A DNA stretch of 60,620 nucleotides, filler included, from 6 parts of 6 records of this genome joined end to end with filler, not necessarily neighbours in it; one strand, 5' to 3'; counted from the whole stretch's first letter, positions 13,376 to 25,327 are shown. Notes: a model not told the origin generated them from the sequence alone. Numbers and translations: made by a program.

Positions 13376-13864
13376 ACTCACTCACTCACTCAACCACTCA
13401 CTCAATCACTCGGTCATTCTCTCGATGCTCGATTGGCGTTGAGTTTCTCAATTTGCTTGCTCTAGTTGTCTCGGTCGTCCTCTCCAGCGCTCTCTCCCTC
13501 GCTCTCTGCCCCGTGTCGCTTGTTTCTCGACGAGCCCACGAGAGATGATGAGCACGACAAGGACCACGATGAGGCATGGGTGAAGCAAACGCTCTGTGTA
13601 AAGGCATCTCTGATGCCGCTCCAATGGTGCCGGCGTCCCTCCCTCACGCCGCGGATGGGTGCCTGGTTGCATGCAGCGCCCATGGCTCCACTGAACGAGC
13701 AATAAAAAGCCAACCGAAAGAACAAAAATGACGAGAAGAAACCGACAGCAACACCAACGCGAACGACGGCAATACCTCCTTCTCCTCCGTGCTCCCTTCG
13801 TATTCCTCTGACTTCTCTCGGTTATCTATCTGTCCTGTCGACGTCTCCTTCTCATTCCGCCACA

Positions 13865-15267
13865 ATGTCAGGCTGGAGGCGCTTTCAGAAACACGACGAC
13901 AACAACAGCAGCAACGGTGGTTTTCAATACAACTTGAGCGCCATCGACGCCTTGCTCGGTGCCGTCAGCGACTGTCGGGCTGCGACGGCCGCGGCTGCCT
14001 GTGATGGCCTCGATGCCGTCGTCACAGACGCTGACTATTCCCACCAGCTCCACCCCCCTGTCGGCGCGCTTTACCAACTATCAAGTCATCATCATCACCC
14101 CGTTGATGTGCCAAAGCTACCATTTGACATGCAAGAAGGCCCTCCCACACAGAGCCACTCGTCCCCGCAAGCCATGACCGATGTCGTACAACTTCTCCTG
14201 CCTCGCAAATCGACGCACCAACCGCAACGACAGCAACAACAACGGGACCAGCAACCATCACAGCTACACCCTCAACAGTGGAGTCCGCCGCTTGAGACGT
14301 TGTCACCACTTGTGACAGTGACAGCCTACCCGGTGACAGACCCCTGTGTAGACATCGTACCTATGGCCACGGTGCCGGTGCTTGATGTCCCTGTGGTCGA
14401 GGCGGGAGCGGAAGAGGACAGTAATTTTTCTCACGATGGCATCAGCGGCGGCAATGCGCAAGGGGAAAGTTCTCCCTTGCGCTCGCTCGATTTCCGCTTC
14501 GATGGATTGTTGACCGAGTCCGACGATGAGCTTCCTCCAGGCCTCAGACAGTACGACTCGCCAAGCGAAAAGCGGAAACGTGCAATGCAACGACGGCAGC
14601 GCTTCAAGGCCCAGCAGTTGAAAAACACGCTCCTCGAGCAAGCCGCCTGGGCCAGGGGCAAGCGCGAAGAACAGAGACAAAGCCAAGTCCCACTTCCCTT
14701 GCGGCAAGACCCAACTTTGAAAGCCAGAATTCGAGTACGTGGAAAATGCGTGTGTCACCGGTATCAATCAAAAACACGCCACAAATAGCTGTCGTTTATA
14801 CCCCCCTACCATGTCGTTTTGCGCGATAGGCTGCCGTGTGGGAGCTCAGGTTCGCCAATTCCCAGATCGCGGTGGTGTGCAAGAGATATGGGCTCAAACT
14901 AAGGAGCGTGCAGCGCTACGTCCGTCGGTCGTTTGGAAAGGTTGGTTCGGCAGCCTGCAAAAGAGTTTGGTGAGCAGCTGCCTGCCACATTTCACCAGCT
15001 TACTGATGGTTTTTCTTGGCATGCCAGGACGCCCTCCGTTTCAACGTGTACTTTTCAGAAGCCTCTCAAACGACTCCGCCAGCACTTGTTCTTGAAGAAC
15101 GAGCGAAAGCCAGATTGACTGCCAGGTTGCAGCCTGGAGAAACTGACTCAGCAGGCGATGATGAGGATGCTTGTTCAGCACCGACGCCCACGAAACACCA
15201 ACGCAGGTATGTTGACGCGGTCCTCTCAAACGGCGCGAGAAAGCGAGCTCGAAAATCCAAAAAATAA
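13865..15267 (+). CDS. Putative HTH DNA-binding protein; exons 13865-14734, 14830-14940, 15028-15267
   Basis: Two phase-0 GT-AG introns join three open frames; the middle exon gives AAVWELRFANSQIAVVCKRYGLKLRSVQRYVRRS (HTH-like); Q/P-rich N-terminus and basic C-terminus. Confidence 0.6.
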
Positions 15268-15637
15268 CAAGCCAGCACGCGTCAACGTGGTGAAGTGAAA
15301 ATTGAAAATTGAACTGAACAGCAGAACTCCACAACGACAGCGGCAACCCCGGCACCATCGCCAAACCACAACATGCACGTGGAGGAAGTGAAAATACTAG
15401 ACTACAGGCGACTTTGAATGAAATTTAAAATAACGTTGTGCCCTCGTGACTCTGAGCGTAGTTGTGAAGTTTGCACTAAAACGCACCGCAACAAACAGAA
15501 ATGCTGCACTACAGTACATGCACCAAATAAAAACGCCGATGGGCATGGCAAACACTCATACGAGTGCTGAGATCTGGGTGCTTCAGATCCAGCGCCTTGG
15601 TTGCATGACAACGCGCAGTTGCCACACTGAGCTTCGA

Positions 15638-18600
15638 TCAAGGGCGAGGCGTTTCATCACCGGGATTCAGCAAGCGTGACGGAGGAGTCGGACGCCACTG
15701 GCGAGTGGAGCTCCGCCTCGGTGGCGTGCCAATCACTCTTGGAGTCGAGAAGCGGTCGGGCCCATGGCTGTGAAATTGGCTGCTTTGTCGCCTGCTCGCC
15801 AACTTGGCGCTTCCTCGAGCCCAAGATTGCGGGGCCGGACTACGATGACGCACACTTGCGCGGGCGTTCGCGTCACGGACGACGCGGGAACTACGGTGCG
15901 AGTGTGCCGCCGCGGACGTCGTCGTAAGCACAAACAAAAGGTACAAAAGCGTGACGCTCAACGGCCCGACGAGGACTCCAAGCCAAGAGTCCATCGCAAA
16001 CCAGCCTCCATAAACACTCAATCCGAGCATAAAAGGTCCAATGTCTGTGTTAGGCACAGCACAAAAATGGTATCTGGTAAAATGGCGTGCACAGGAAGAT
16101 GCACTTCAGTCGAGAACCCAGTGACACCATACCACACACACCAGTTTTGCGCAGGAGCCGCTGCAAGGCCTGCCCTTCGACGTGATTGAGCTGGCACGTC
16201 GACGTGGACGTCGGCAAAGGCGCTGCAACTGCAGCAATGGAACCCACGGATGCAACAGAACTCACTGACATAGGAGCCCGAGGAAAATCGGAGCTGCCCC
16301 CGAACCACCCGGGTGTCAGGCCGGCGTCCTTCACTGTTTGAGAGGGCTGTGTATTCACATCACCGATGGGGCCAAACTGCGCCAGGTGATCTGAAGACGC
16401 ACCCAGAGTTGTGAACCTGCTGAATGCATTAGCCGAAATAAAGCTCAGCGAAGCAAAAAAAGCTGCCAGCACCGCCGAATCGTAAGTCAGCCACAGCTCG
16501 ACGACACCCGGTAAGCACATCGTCCAAGTTGGAATGACAGCCAGCACCGCGCAAAAAGCAGCAGCGCAGCCCCACAACATGCCGTCAAGCCCCCCCGTCA
16601 CATCAAAAAGCGAATACAAAAGCCACACTCGCAGAAAATGAAAGATTGGCTGCTTGATAGTATGGAGTAGAGTGCGCCGTACACACAGGTAGATTGCATG
16701 AGCGGCAACCTTGCTTGTACTTGGGCCAATGTTGAGAAACCCAAGCAGCACATGGAGATATTTCACTTCAAAGTCAGCGTCCGAATGCAAGAGTGCTGAG
16801 ACCACTGTCATGAACACGGTCACCTCGTATCTGTTCACGCATGCAACGTGCATTCAGCTTCAGCGCCTGGTGCTTGGTGTGCACTCCGACACACATTCAT
16901 GATTACTCACACACTACGCACACAAAGTTGGCAACGCTCATTAACGTGTAACTCATTGTTCCCAAGAGCTGAGACAAAAAGGACACTTGGAAACGAAACA
17001 ATGACGCCGCTATGGCTCGCGGGTACTCTAGCAAGCGGTAAAAGTCCGTCTAATGCACACAGGCAAGTCAAACGTTTAAGCAGTGAGTACGAACGCACCA
17101 TCCCGCACACAACTGCTAGAACGCCAATTGCATGCACATCCCCAGAGGTTTACCAGTCGTGACTTCATCCATGACCAGTCTGCAGATTTGGCGTTCTCCC
17201 AGGTGCCCCAAAATCTATCAACAAGGTGGTGCCATCGACGCACGAGCGTGGAGTTGGGCCCGAAAGAAAAGTCCCACTCATGCACAAGCGCTGAAGCCAC
17301 ACCCGGCAGTTGCTGCAGCAGGTCACCGCCTTCATCGTGCGTATCATCGCGACGGTCTTCATCTGCATGTTTTCTTATCACCCTGTCAGCCTCCGCAGCT
17401 TCCGCTTTCATGCCCTCCGTCGTGACGAAAGCAATTTCCTCTCCAACTTTGTCAAGCGGTGAAACGTTGATTCCTGACGTGAGGATGGAGGAGGTAGCAC
17501 AAGTGCCAGAGTCCATCAGCAGCTGGTGTCGCAGCGGAGAGCTTCCAAACGGGAACGGCTGCAAAAGCCCGGGATTCCCAAGAAATATAGAAGCAGATGA
17601 TGTCGAGTTTGGAGTCGTAATGTTGCGCAGAAAGGACTCGATGTCACTGACATTGATGCTGTTCCCAAACACGTTCTCCGCTACGTATGAGATCATCGCC
17701 GCTTTGCCGCTTGTAGTGTACCAGTCAAGCCCATCGTCCAGTGCACTGAGCGTCCAGTTTCTGATTTGAGCGCTGTCCAATGAAAAATACCTAACACGCG
17801 GGAGGACCAAGCGGTGCACGCTGGCCATGAGAAAATTGGATCCGGATCCAACTCAACATACATTCAGCGCGGCCAACACAACCTACTCCAATGTTGTGTT
17901 AATATTCTGCCAATAGCTTCCATTAATGTCGTCAAACACGAAAGCCAGCGATGAGCCAAGAGACTGCATGCGAGACAATTGCAGCAAAATGCGCCAAAGA
18001 AATACAAGAAGGCCGGCGGAGTACGCTGAGATGCCCGCTACAACCAGCATTGCTTTGGCCGAAGCTTGAACTGTTGTAGATGTCGACAAGAATGAAAGGA
18101 CTGCGTCTTGGAATGCATAGTACCTGCGCAACAAACGTTATGCACTGTCATAAATGAATCTTGAGGCTGCTTCGTAAAAATATTGCAGTGAGGGAGTCGC
18201 TGATTTTTCAACCCTAGCAGCAGAAACGCACTCACCGAGTGCCCACCCACATATAAGCGCGCTGCAGCTCGTCTCGATTGTGATGACTAAGTCGGCCATA
18301 AAAGTCTCGAAGCGCAGATCTCAAAGCCACGCAGACGCCACTTAATCCCCGCGCCACAGACTTCAGTGCAGTCGCGATTCCAGTTGGGACGTAGTTTCCA
18401 ATTGTCGTCAAATTCACAGCCTTTCGCACCCAAACCAACGCCACACAATGCGGTTTTGAACGCAAAAAGATGAGCTTGCCACAACGACTGCCCCTTGGGT
18501 ATTCGGGAACAGCGCGGGCAACCACTTCGCGGCACGTGCTTCAATGAACTCACCACCGTTTTGACCACAACTAGCACCATCGCTAGCGCCAAAAAAGTTG

Positions 18601-20782
18601 CCACAAATGCAAGTGGTCCCACGATGTCAGCAAAAAAGGCAAGGAGCAACAATTTGACCATGTGGTTCATTGATATCCAGCCTTGAAGTGACCTTTCCGG
18701 GTTCAACATCCAGACGAGGTCGCGGGCAATGAAGAACACGCAGATATACCTACACACGCAAGGTCCAACAACAAGGTCGGTCACGAGCAATGCATCGGGG
18801 CGTGCAAACAACGTGGACGAGAAGCGAGAATACCACACTCACTTGAGTGTCTGTAAAATCCCTGGGTATACCATAAACAGCTTGAGCAGCGCTAATGCCG
18901 CGAATACCAGCGCAAACGTAAAGGCACACCTTGTGGAAACAACATGTGCGTCCAAATAACTACAATTCCACAATAAAGCGCTGTCTGCTGTTTTGACAAC
19001 GTCCACGCTTGCAAGTGACAGGAAAAACGCACCCCATGAGCACAAATCCGATTGTCAGTCTCCCTCGCCGGCTATGCGCATTAGAGCGGGACCCTGTTCT
19101 CAGGCTCAGGTTGGGGCTGCCAGTAGCAGATTTGATGAGGTTCACACTTCGCGAATCACGACCACGGCCTTTCCGACTCCGGCCTCCACTGAGTTGCTTG
19201 CGATGCAGATGCAGTGCGTGGGCTTCGGTTCCTTGCCGGCCCTGAAGCTTGCTCTCGGTCAGCGTGGACGCCGTCCTTGATCGCTCGTCGATTTTCTTGT
19301 CCAGCGCCGAGGTGTTGTCAGACGGTACAGAGCTATCGCTCCCTGTAAGTGCAGTATCGCAATCGTGTTGATCCCGCGGGTCGCCGCTCGACGCGAACTG
19401 CTGTTCGATGCACTTGAGCGCAACACCTGTGGTAAACCCAACCACGATTCCAGTCAAACAGTGAGGCGAGTATTTGTCTACGAGCTGGGTAGCTGCATTG
19501 AAAACTCCGAAAACTTCGACGCCTGTGCAGAAACAAAAGAAAGCGAGCCTGATGAGTTGCGTGTGCATGGGACTGCTCATTGTGCTCGGGTGGCTCTATG
19601 CACAACAGCGAAATGAGTAGCACAACAGCGAAATGAGTACACGCTTCAAAGGAAACTGAATAAAGTGTGCACATGCAACATACCCGCTCCCTGCAGACGA
19701 CCGTCTTTGAATAGCAAGTAGCTGCCAAATTCGTGCAGTGCAACAAAAAGTACTGCTGCAACGAACTTGATATATGCCCCCCACGAGGATACCAAATCCC
19801 CAACACTCGGGACACTGTCAATGAGCGCGGCTGTTCGGTTGAACAACCCCTTGACGCTCAGCCGCAACAGCACCAGCCCGACGAACTCTGACGTTTCAAT
19901 GGGTAAGACCTCAGGCTCGTCGTCACTAAAATCCACGAACGAGCGGCTGTCCTCGGGGTCACTGTCGGCATTCCCTCGGTCTGCCTCGTCCTCAGCTGGC
20001 GCTGGTGATGAATCACGCTTAGGTCCCGGCACTCCGGCCACTTTCACGTGGCCATCCTCAGCCACGTTAAAATCCGTCTTGGCACCACCGACAAATGCGT
20101 CAGGAGTGGTTGACGTGGACTCAGAACACAGCGTTTCCTTCAGCGAAGAACCACCTGTGGCAGTTGTCGGTTGCGACGTAGACACATCTCCAGCTCCATG
20201 CTGCGGTGTGTCCCCTCGCTGCCCTGGTTTCATGGATAAGGCAGAGGCGGTCGGAGGTTTCATCACCGATACAGCTGAACTCATCCTATCCTCGACGGCC
20301 ACTCCAACTGGCACGGGCACATGGTCCGTGTGACCAACAGTTGGAGCATTCTTGGTCACTTTGGTACTTGGCGCCCGGTATCGCATAGATGTAACATTTT
20401 GGGCATTATGCAAAGAATGTCTGGAATCTTTTCTTCCTTGAAGGTGTGGGGGTGGCGTGCCGTCTGGCTCAACTGTTGCAGTTGGTGGCACTTGCCGCTT
20501 CGTTTTCACCGACAGTTCTTGCAGCACCTGCGAAAATTGCATTTTGATTTGCAAGTAGATGGGCCGAAGGAAGAGTGCCGCGAGAACTGCAAACAAAATA
20601 GGCCTCCAAATGTATTGCAGAATGACAACAACAACGGCAGCCACCGACGCCGTCAGCACCACCATGGCCGCTGACGAGCTGACTGCTGCAGCCTGCATTG
20701 TGAAGGGAATTTCGATTTGTTTGAAAACTCGATATGTTTTGCACCGTGCGTGTGTGCAAGTCAACAACAGCAGCAGGTGCAC
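15638..20782 (-). CDS. TMEM245-like (AI-2E-related) multi-pass membrane protein, ~10 exons, start uncertain
   Basis: N-terminal RPILFAVLAALFLRP; C-terminal CLPGVVELWL and GLSVYGG...GVLVGP resemble TMEM245 blocks; the ORF fragments join in frame via nine GT-AG introns. Confidence 0.75.
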
Positions 20783-20977
20783 AAGTTGCAGCAGCAGCAG
20801 CAGCAGCAGAAGTAATAATAAAAAAAATAAGCGCAGTCAATGGATTTCAGAGCGAGTAAATGCCGCACCTACACCAGTGCATACTGCGCCAAGCGGCGCC
20901 TTTGAGGCACACATGTGCTTTTTCAAGACATTATTTGCGACGGTAAAAGAGCGAGCGAGAGAGAGAGAGAGACAGAG

Positions 20978-21077
20978 NNNNNNNNNNNNNNNNNNNNNNN
21001 NNNNNNNNNNNNNNNNNNNNNTTAATTAATTAANNNNNNNNNNNNNNNNNNNNNNNNNNNNNNNNNNNNNNNNNNNN
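20978..21077. other. Artificial contig spacer (eukaryote/bacterium junction)
   Basis: 44 N + TTAATTAATTAA + 44 N. Confidence 0.98.
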
Positions 21078-21078
21078 G

Positions 21079-21351
21079 ATCCTGATCCTGGACGAGGCGA
21101 CAAGCGCGCTGGACAGCGAAGTTGAAGCCGCCATTCAATCGGCGCTGAACCGCGTGATGGAGGGCAAGACCGTTCTGGCCATTGCGCACCGCCTGTCGAC
21201 CCTGACCGAGATGGACAGGATCGCGGTCATGGACGCCGGCAGGATCGTTGAAATGGGAACGCATGACGCGCTGTTGGCGAAAAACGGGCTTTATGCGCGG
21301 TATTGGCGGCGGCAGTCGGGCGGGTTTCTGGATATGAAGGCCGCTGAATAG
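21079..21351 (+). CDS. ABC exporter ATPase domain, C-terminal fragment (5'-partial)
   Basis: [12 protein letters not shown] (Walker B/D-loop) and IAHRLST (H-loop). Confidence 0.93.
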   Translation: MLILDEATSALDSEVEAAIQSALNRVMEGKTVLAIAHRLSTLTEMDRIAVMDAGRIVEMGTHDALLAKNGLYARYWRRQSGGFLDMKAAE

Positions 21352-21390
21352 GGGCTTTTGCTGGCGCTTCCTTCGCGCTATGCGCGGTGC

Positions 21391-22629
21391 ATGACAGAAT
21401 ATGTAATTCAGCGACTTGGTCACCTGGGCGACGGCATTGCCGCTGGCCCGTTTTTTGCCCCCATGACTTTGCCGGGGGAAGTTGTCACAGGCACGCCTGT
21501 TGGCCAAACCCTGACGGACATCCGCATCGTCAAGCCGTCGGAGAACCGCGTTGCGGCCCCGTGTCGCCATTTCAAGGCCTGTGGCGGTTGCCAATTGCAG
21601 CACGCGTCGGATGAATATGTCGCCGATTTCAAAATGGGTGTGGTTAAGGCATCGCTGGATGCCCACGGGATCGAGACTGTTTTCAAGCCGATCCAAACCT
21701 CGCCGCCGCAATCGCGCCGCCGGGCGACCTTTGCCGCCAAGCGCACCAAAAAGGGTGCGATGGCCGGGTTCCACGGGCGTGGGTCAGACGTGGTCATTGA
21801 AATACCGGACTGCAAATTGCTGGATCCTGCGGTCTTGGCGGCGATACCGATCGCTGAACAACTGGCCATCATGGGCACCAGCCGCAAGGCACCGCTGGCG
21901 GTGACCGTGACAACGTCGCGTGCGGGGTTGGACATCTCGGTTCAGAACGGCAAACCGCTTGATGGGCCCTTGCGTCAGGAGCTTGCGCATCTGTGCGATA
22001 GTCTGGGCCTTGCCCGTCTGACGTGGGATGGTGACGTGATCGCCATGCGCACACCGCCAATTCAACGCTTTGGTGTTGCCAAGGTAACGCCGCCACCGGG
22101 CGCATTTTTGCAGGCCACACCGCAGGGCGAAGCATCGTTGGTGACTGCCGTGCGTGAGGCCGTTGGGTCTGCGCGTCACGTTATCGATCTGTTCGCGGGC
22201 TGCGGCACGTTTAGTCTGCCCCTGGCCGAAAACGCCGAAGTCCACGCCGTCGAAGGTGATACGCTGATGACTGCGGCGCTGGATCACGGCTGGCGGATGG
22301 CGAAGGGGCTAAAGCCCGTGACGTTCGAGGCGCGCGATCTGTTCCGCCGTCCACTACTGCCGGACGAGCTGGCAAAAACCGATGCGGTCGTTTTGGACCC
22401 GCCCCGCGCCGGGGCCGAGGCGCAAGTGGCCGAGATCGTCACAGCGATGCCCCCTGTCGTGGCCTATGTGTCGTGCAATCCCGTGACCTTTGCGCGGGAT
22501 GCCGCAGTTTTGATTGCTGCGGGATATGCATTGAATTGGGTTCAGGTTGTTGACCAATTCCGCTGGTCTTCCCATGTGGAGCTTGCGGCGCAGTTCACTG
22601 CCCCCGAGGTTAAACGCAAACGGAAATAG
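21391..22629 (+). CDS. 23S rRNA m5U methyltransferase, RlmD/TrmA family
   Basis: CRHFKACGGCQLQH Fe-S motif, FLQ, DLFAGCG, LDPPRAG, YVSCNP. Confidence 0.92.
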   Translation: MTEYVIQRLGHLGDGIAAGPFFAPMTLPGEVVTGTPVGQTLTDIRIVKPSENRVAAPCRHFKACGGCQLQHASDEYVADFKMGVVKASLDAHGIETVFKPIQTSPPQSRRRATFAAKRTKKGAMAGFHGRGSDVVIEIPDCKLLDPAVLAAIPIAEQLAIMGTSRKAPLAVTVTTSRAGLDISVQNGKPLDGPLRQELAHLCDSLGLARLTWDGDVIAMRTPPIQRFGVAKVTPPPGAFLQATPQGEASLVTAVREAVGSARHVIDLFAGCGTFSLPLAENAEVHAVEGDTLMTAALDHGWRMAKGLKPVTFEARDLFRRPLLPDELAKTDAVVLDPPRAGAEAQVAEIVTAMPPVVAYVSCNPVTFARDAAVLIAAGYALNWVQVVDQFRWSSHVELAAQFTAPEVKRKRK

Positions 22630-22641
22630 GGCAGCATATTC

Positions 22642-23415
22642 ATGCGCGAACGTTTAGGTGATTGGGTCGAAAGCCCAATGGTCAGCAATTTCATTATTGG
22701 TGTGATCATTTTTAATGCCGCACTGCTGGGCATGGAAACCGCGCCTGCGCTGATGGAGGCGTTTGGACCGGCGATCTTGTTTCTTGATACCGTCTGTCTT
22801 GCGATCTTTATTGTCGAGATCGCGATCAAGATTATTGCGCGGGGCACGGGTTTTTTCAGAAACGGCTGGAATTTATTCGACTTTGCGGTCGTGGGAATCG
22901 CGCTTGTTCCGGCTGTGCAGGGGCTGTCGGTTCTGCGCGCGCTGCGTATTTTGCGTATCTTGCGGGTGATTTCGGTCGCACCGCGTTTGCGCCGCGTCGT
23001 CGAAGGGTTCATCACCGCATTGCCGGGCATGGGATCGGTGTTTTTGCTGATGACGATCATTTTCTACATCGGCTCTGTCATCGCGACCAAGCTGTTTGCG
23101 GGCGCTTTCCCTGAATGGTTTGGATCACTTCCGGCAAGCGCCTATTCGCTGTTCCAGATCATGACATTGGAAAGCTGGTCCATGGGGATCGTGCGCCCGG
23201 TGATGGAGGTATACCCCTATGCGTGGATGTTTTTTGTGCCGTTCATTTTGGTGACCACCTTCGCTGTGGTGAACCTGTTGGTGGGTTTGATCGTGAATTC
23301 GATGCAAGACGCCCATCAGGCCGACGAGGTACAGCGCACCGATGTCTACCGCGAGGAAGTCATGCGCAAGTTGGTGCTGATTGAGAAGCAGTTGGCGGAA
23401 AAACAGCAACAGTAA
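22642..23415 (+). CDS. Bacterial voltage-gated sodium channel (BacNav type)
   Basis: Six TM segments, S4 LRALRILRILRV, selectivity filter TLESWSMG, short C-terminal coiled coil. Confidence 0.93.
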   Translation: MRERLGDWVESPMVSNFIIGVIIFNAALLGMETAPALMEAFGPAILFLDTVCLAIFIVEIAIKIIARGTGFFRNGWNLFDFAVVGIALVPAVQGLSVLRALRILRILRVISVAPRLRRVVEGFITALPGMGSVFLLMTIIFYIGSVIATKLFAGAFPEWFGSLPASAYSLFQIMTLESWSMGIVRPVMEVYPYAWMFFVPFILVTTFAVVNLLVGLIVNSMQDAHQADEVQRTDVYREEVMRKLVLIEKQLAEKQQQ

Positions 23416-23494
23416 CGGCTTTTTGACGTCCAAAGTTTTTGCTACATGCTAGGCGAAGCTGATAAAGGTCGAAAAGGCCGTGGCGAAATGAGGC

Positions 23495-24001
23495 ATGAGA
23501 ATGAAACGCAGAAATCTGATTCTGGGCGGCACCGCGTTGGTGGCCCTTGGTGCGTGTGGCGGCGAGAGTAAGTTCAAACGGTATAACGGCCCGCAGGTCA
23601 CCTATGTGATCGCGAATAAGGCGGATCGCCGTATGTATCTGATGCACAAAGACAAAGTGCTGAAATCCTATGACTTCAAGCTGGGGTTCGCCCCGGTTGG
23701 CCACAAAAGGTTCGAAGGCGACGGCAAAACGCCCGAGGGGTTGTATCTGATTGACCGTCGCAACCCGAACAGCAAATTCCATTTGTCGTTGGGCATTTCA
23801 TATCCCAACCAAGCGGACCGTGCGATGGCAGCCTTGATGGATAAAAAGCCCGGCGGCGATATCTTTATTCATGGGCAGAAAAAGCCCGGTGACAAGAACC
23901 GCAACGATTGGACGTGGGGCTGTCTTTCGGTCTCTAACAAAGATATCGAGGATATTTACGCGATGGTGGGTGATGGCACACCAATCGCGTTAAACCCCTG
24001 A
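23495..24001 (+). CDS. YkuD-fold lipoprotein, YafK/DpaA-like
   Basis: Lipobox LGAC; EGDGKTPEG, FHLSLGISYPN, GDIFIHG...WTWGC. Confidence 0.85.
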   Translation: MRMKRRNLILGGTALVALGACGGESKFKRYNGPQVTYVIANKADRRMYLMHKDKVLKSYDFKLGFAPVGHKRFEGDGKTPEGLYLIDRRNPNSKFHLSLGISYPNQADRAMAALMDKKPGGDIFIHGQKKPGDKNRNDWTWGCLSVSNKDIEDIYAMVGDGTPIALNP

Positions 24002-24040
24002 TATTCGGTCGGAAATGTGGTGGCGAATAACCGTTGCCGG

Positions 24041-24550
24041 TTATTTGCCCAAGACCATCGTCCACCAGATTTTGCCACTGCTTTCCTGATGCCAGGAGAA
24101 ACCCATGTTCTGCGCATTGGATGCCATAATGATCCGGCGCGTGTCCGGCTGTTCCATCCACGCGGCAAGGGTCTCAAGTTCAGTCTCATAGGTTTCGGAG
24201 ATCACCTCGCCGACCAATGCGCCGGTGTATCCCACGCGCTGGATACGATCGACAGGGGATGATCCGTCAGAGCCAAAGTGCCAAGGACGGTTCTGGTTGG
24301 CCATATCACGCGAATGGGTTGCGGCAGCAGCGTTCAAGGCTGCATCCAGTTGAACCTCGGCCAGACCGGATGCGCCGCGCAATGCATTTACGGAATCAAG
24401 CATGCGGAATTGCAGTTTTCCAGAATCGCCCCGGCTGATGCGGTATAGTTTTGGTAATGCTTTGCCGTCGGTCCCCATTGTCGTCGGGGCGGGCGCACAG
24501 GCGGCTAGGGCCACGGACAGGGCAATCAGAACGGAAAATAAACGGATCAT
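24041..24550 (-). CDS. CAP/SCP-domain lipoprotein
   Basis: Lipobox LAAC; VNALR, AAATHSRDM, HFGSDGS, GEVI; start moved to ATG 24550. Confidence 0.87.
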   Translation of the reverse strand: MIRLFSVLIALSVALAACAPAPTTMGTDGKALPKLYRISRGDSGKLQFRMLDSVNALRGASGLAEVQLDAALNAAAATHSRDMANQNRPWHFGSDGSSPVDRIQRVGYTGALVGEVISETYETELETLAAWMEQPDTRRIIMASNAQNMGFSWHQESSGKIWWTMVLGK

Positions 24551-24721
24551 GGCGCAGCTCCACGCATTTGAGTGTCTTGATGCCTTAACCCGACCTGCGT
24601 TGCAGATCAAACGCACATCGGCGTGAGTGCGCCAGTTGACGTTGGTTTGATTTGATACTGCGACTTTCGGGTCATATATGTGTAACAATAAATGGCTTTT
24701 ACCAATCTCAGGAGACATTCA

Positions 24722-25327
24722 ATGTCTGACCAAAAGTTTAATCTCTCGTCTCGGCGTGCATTTTTGGCAGGTAGCGCTGCAATGCTGGCCAGCCCTGCGC
24801 TTGCTCAAAGCAATGTGAACGGTGCCGAAACCACAGAAACCGAGCGGGACATAACAGAGACTGTGCGGCGCAATATTTCCAGCTTTCGCACGTTGGACTG
24901 GCGGCCATATTTCAGCGACACCAACAAGGGCGCTGTACTGGTTGATATCGACAGCCGTGCCGTGCATTTTTGGTCTGAAGACCAGACGGTTTACAAACTG
25001 TACCCGTCGAGCGTTCCACTTACGGCTGAGTTGACGCGCCGGGGCCGGACAAGTGTTATTCAAAAGGTGACAGGCCCGACATGGCGGCCGACGCCCTCAA
25101 TGCTCGAGCGCAACCCTGAGTGGCCAGCCGTTATTGGGCCGGGTCCGGACAACCCTTTGGGCACGCATGCGCTTTATCTAAGCTGGACGTATTACCGTAT
25201 CCACGGCACCCATGACACACGCAAGATTGGCCGCCGGTCGTCGAATGGTTGCATCGGCTTGTACAACGAACATATCGCCGAGCTTTTCGAACTGACTAAT
25301 GTTGGCACACAAGTGTTGCTAATTTGA
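24722..25327 (+). CDS. Tat-exported L,D-transpeptidase (ErfK/YbiS-like)
   Basis: SRRAFL Tat motif; PTWRPTPSM, GPDNPLG, YRIHGT...SNGCIG; RBS AGGAG. Confidence 0.92.
   Translation: MSDQKFNLSSRRAFLAGSAAMLASPALAQSNVNGAETTETERDITETVRRNISSFRTLDWRPYFSDTNKGAVLVDIDSRAVHFWSEDQTVYKLYPSSVPLTAELTRRGRTSVIQKVTGPTWRPTPSMLERNPEWPAVIGPGPDNPLGTHALYLSWTYYRIHGTHDTRKIGRRSSNGCIGLYNEHIAELFELTNVGTQVLLI

Noticed and set aside
19601-19639. Tandem duplication of CACAACAGCGAAATGAGTA
   Set aside because: Two adjacent copies inside an intron with no spacer; a slippage scar, not CRISPR
9489-20782. Fragmented eukaryotic ORFs as an alternative genetic code or pseudogenes
   Set aside because: The breaks I traced are resolved by GT-AG introns that restore conserved motifs in the standard code
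20978-21077. Eukaryotic genes next to bacterial genes as HGT or endosymbiont insertion
   Set aside because: The junction is an artificial spacer
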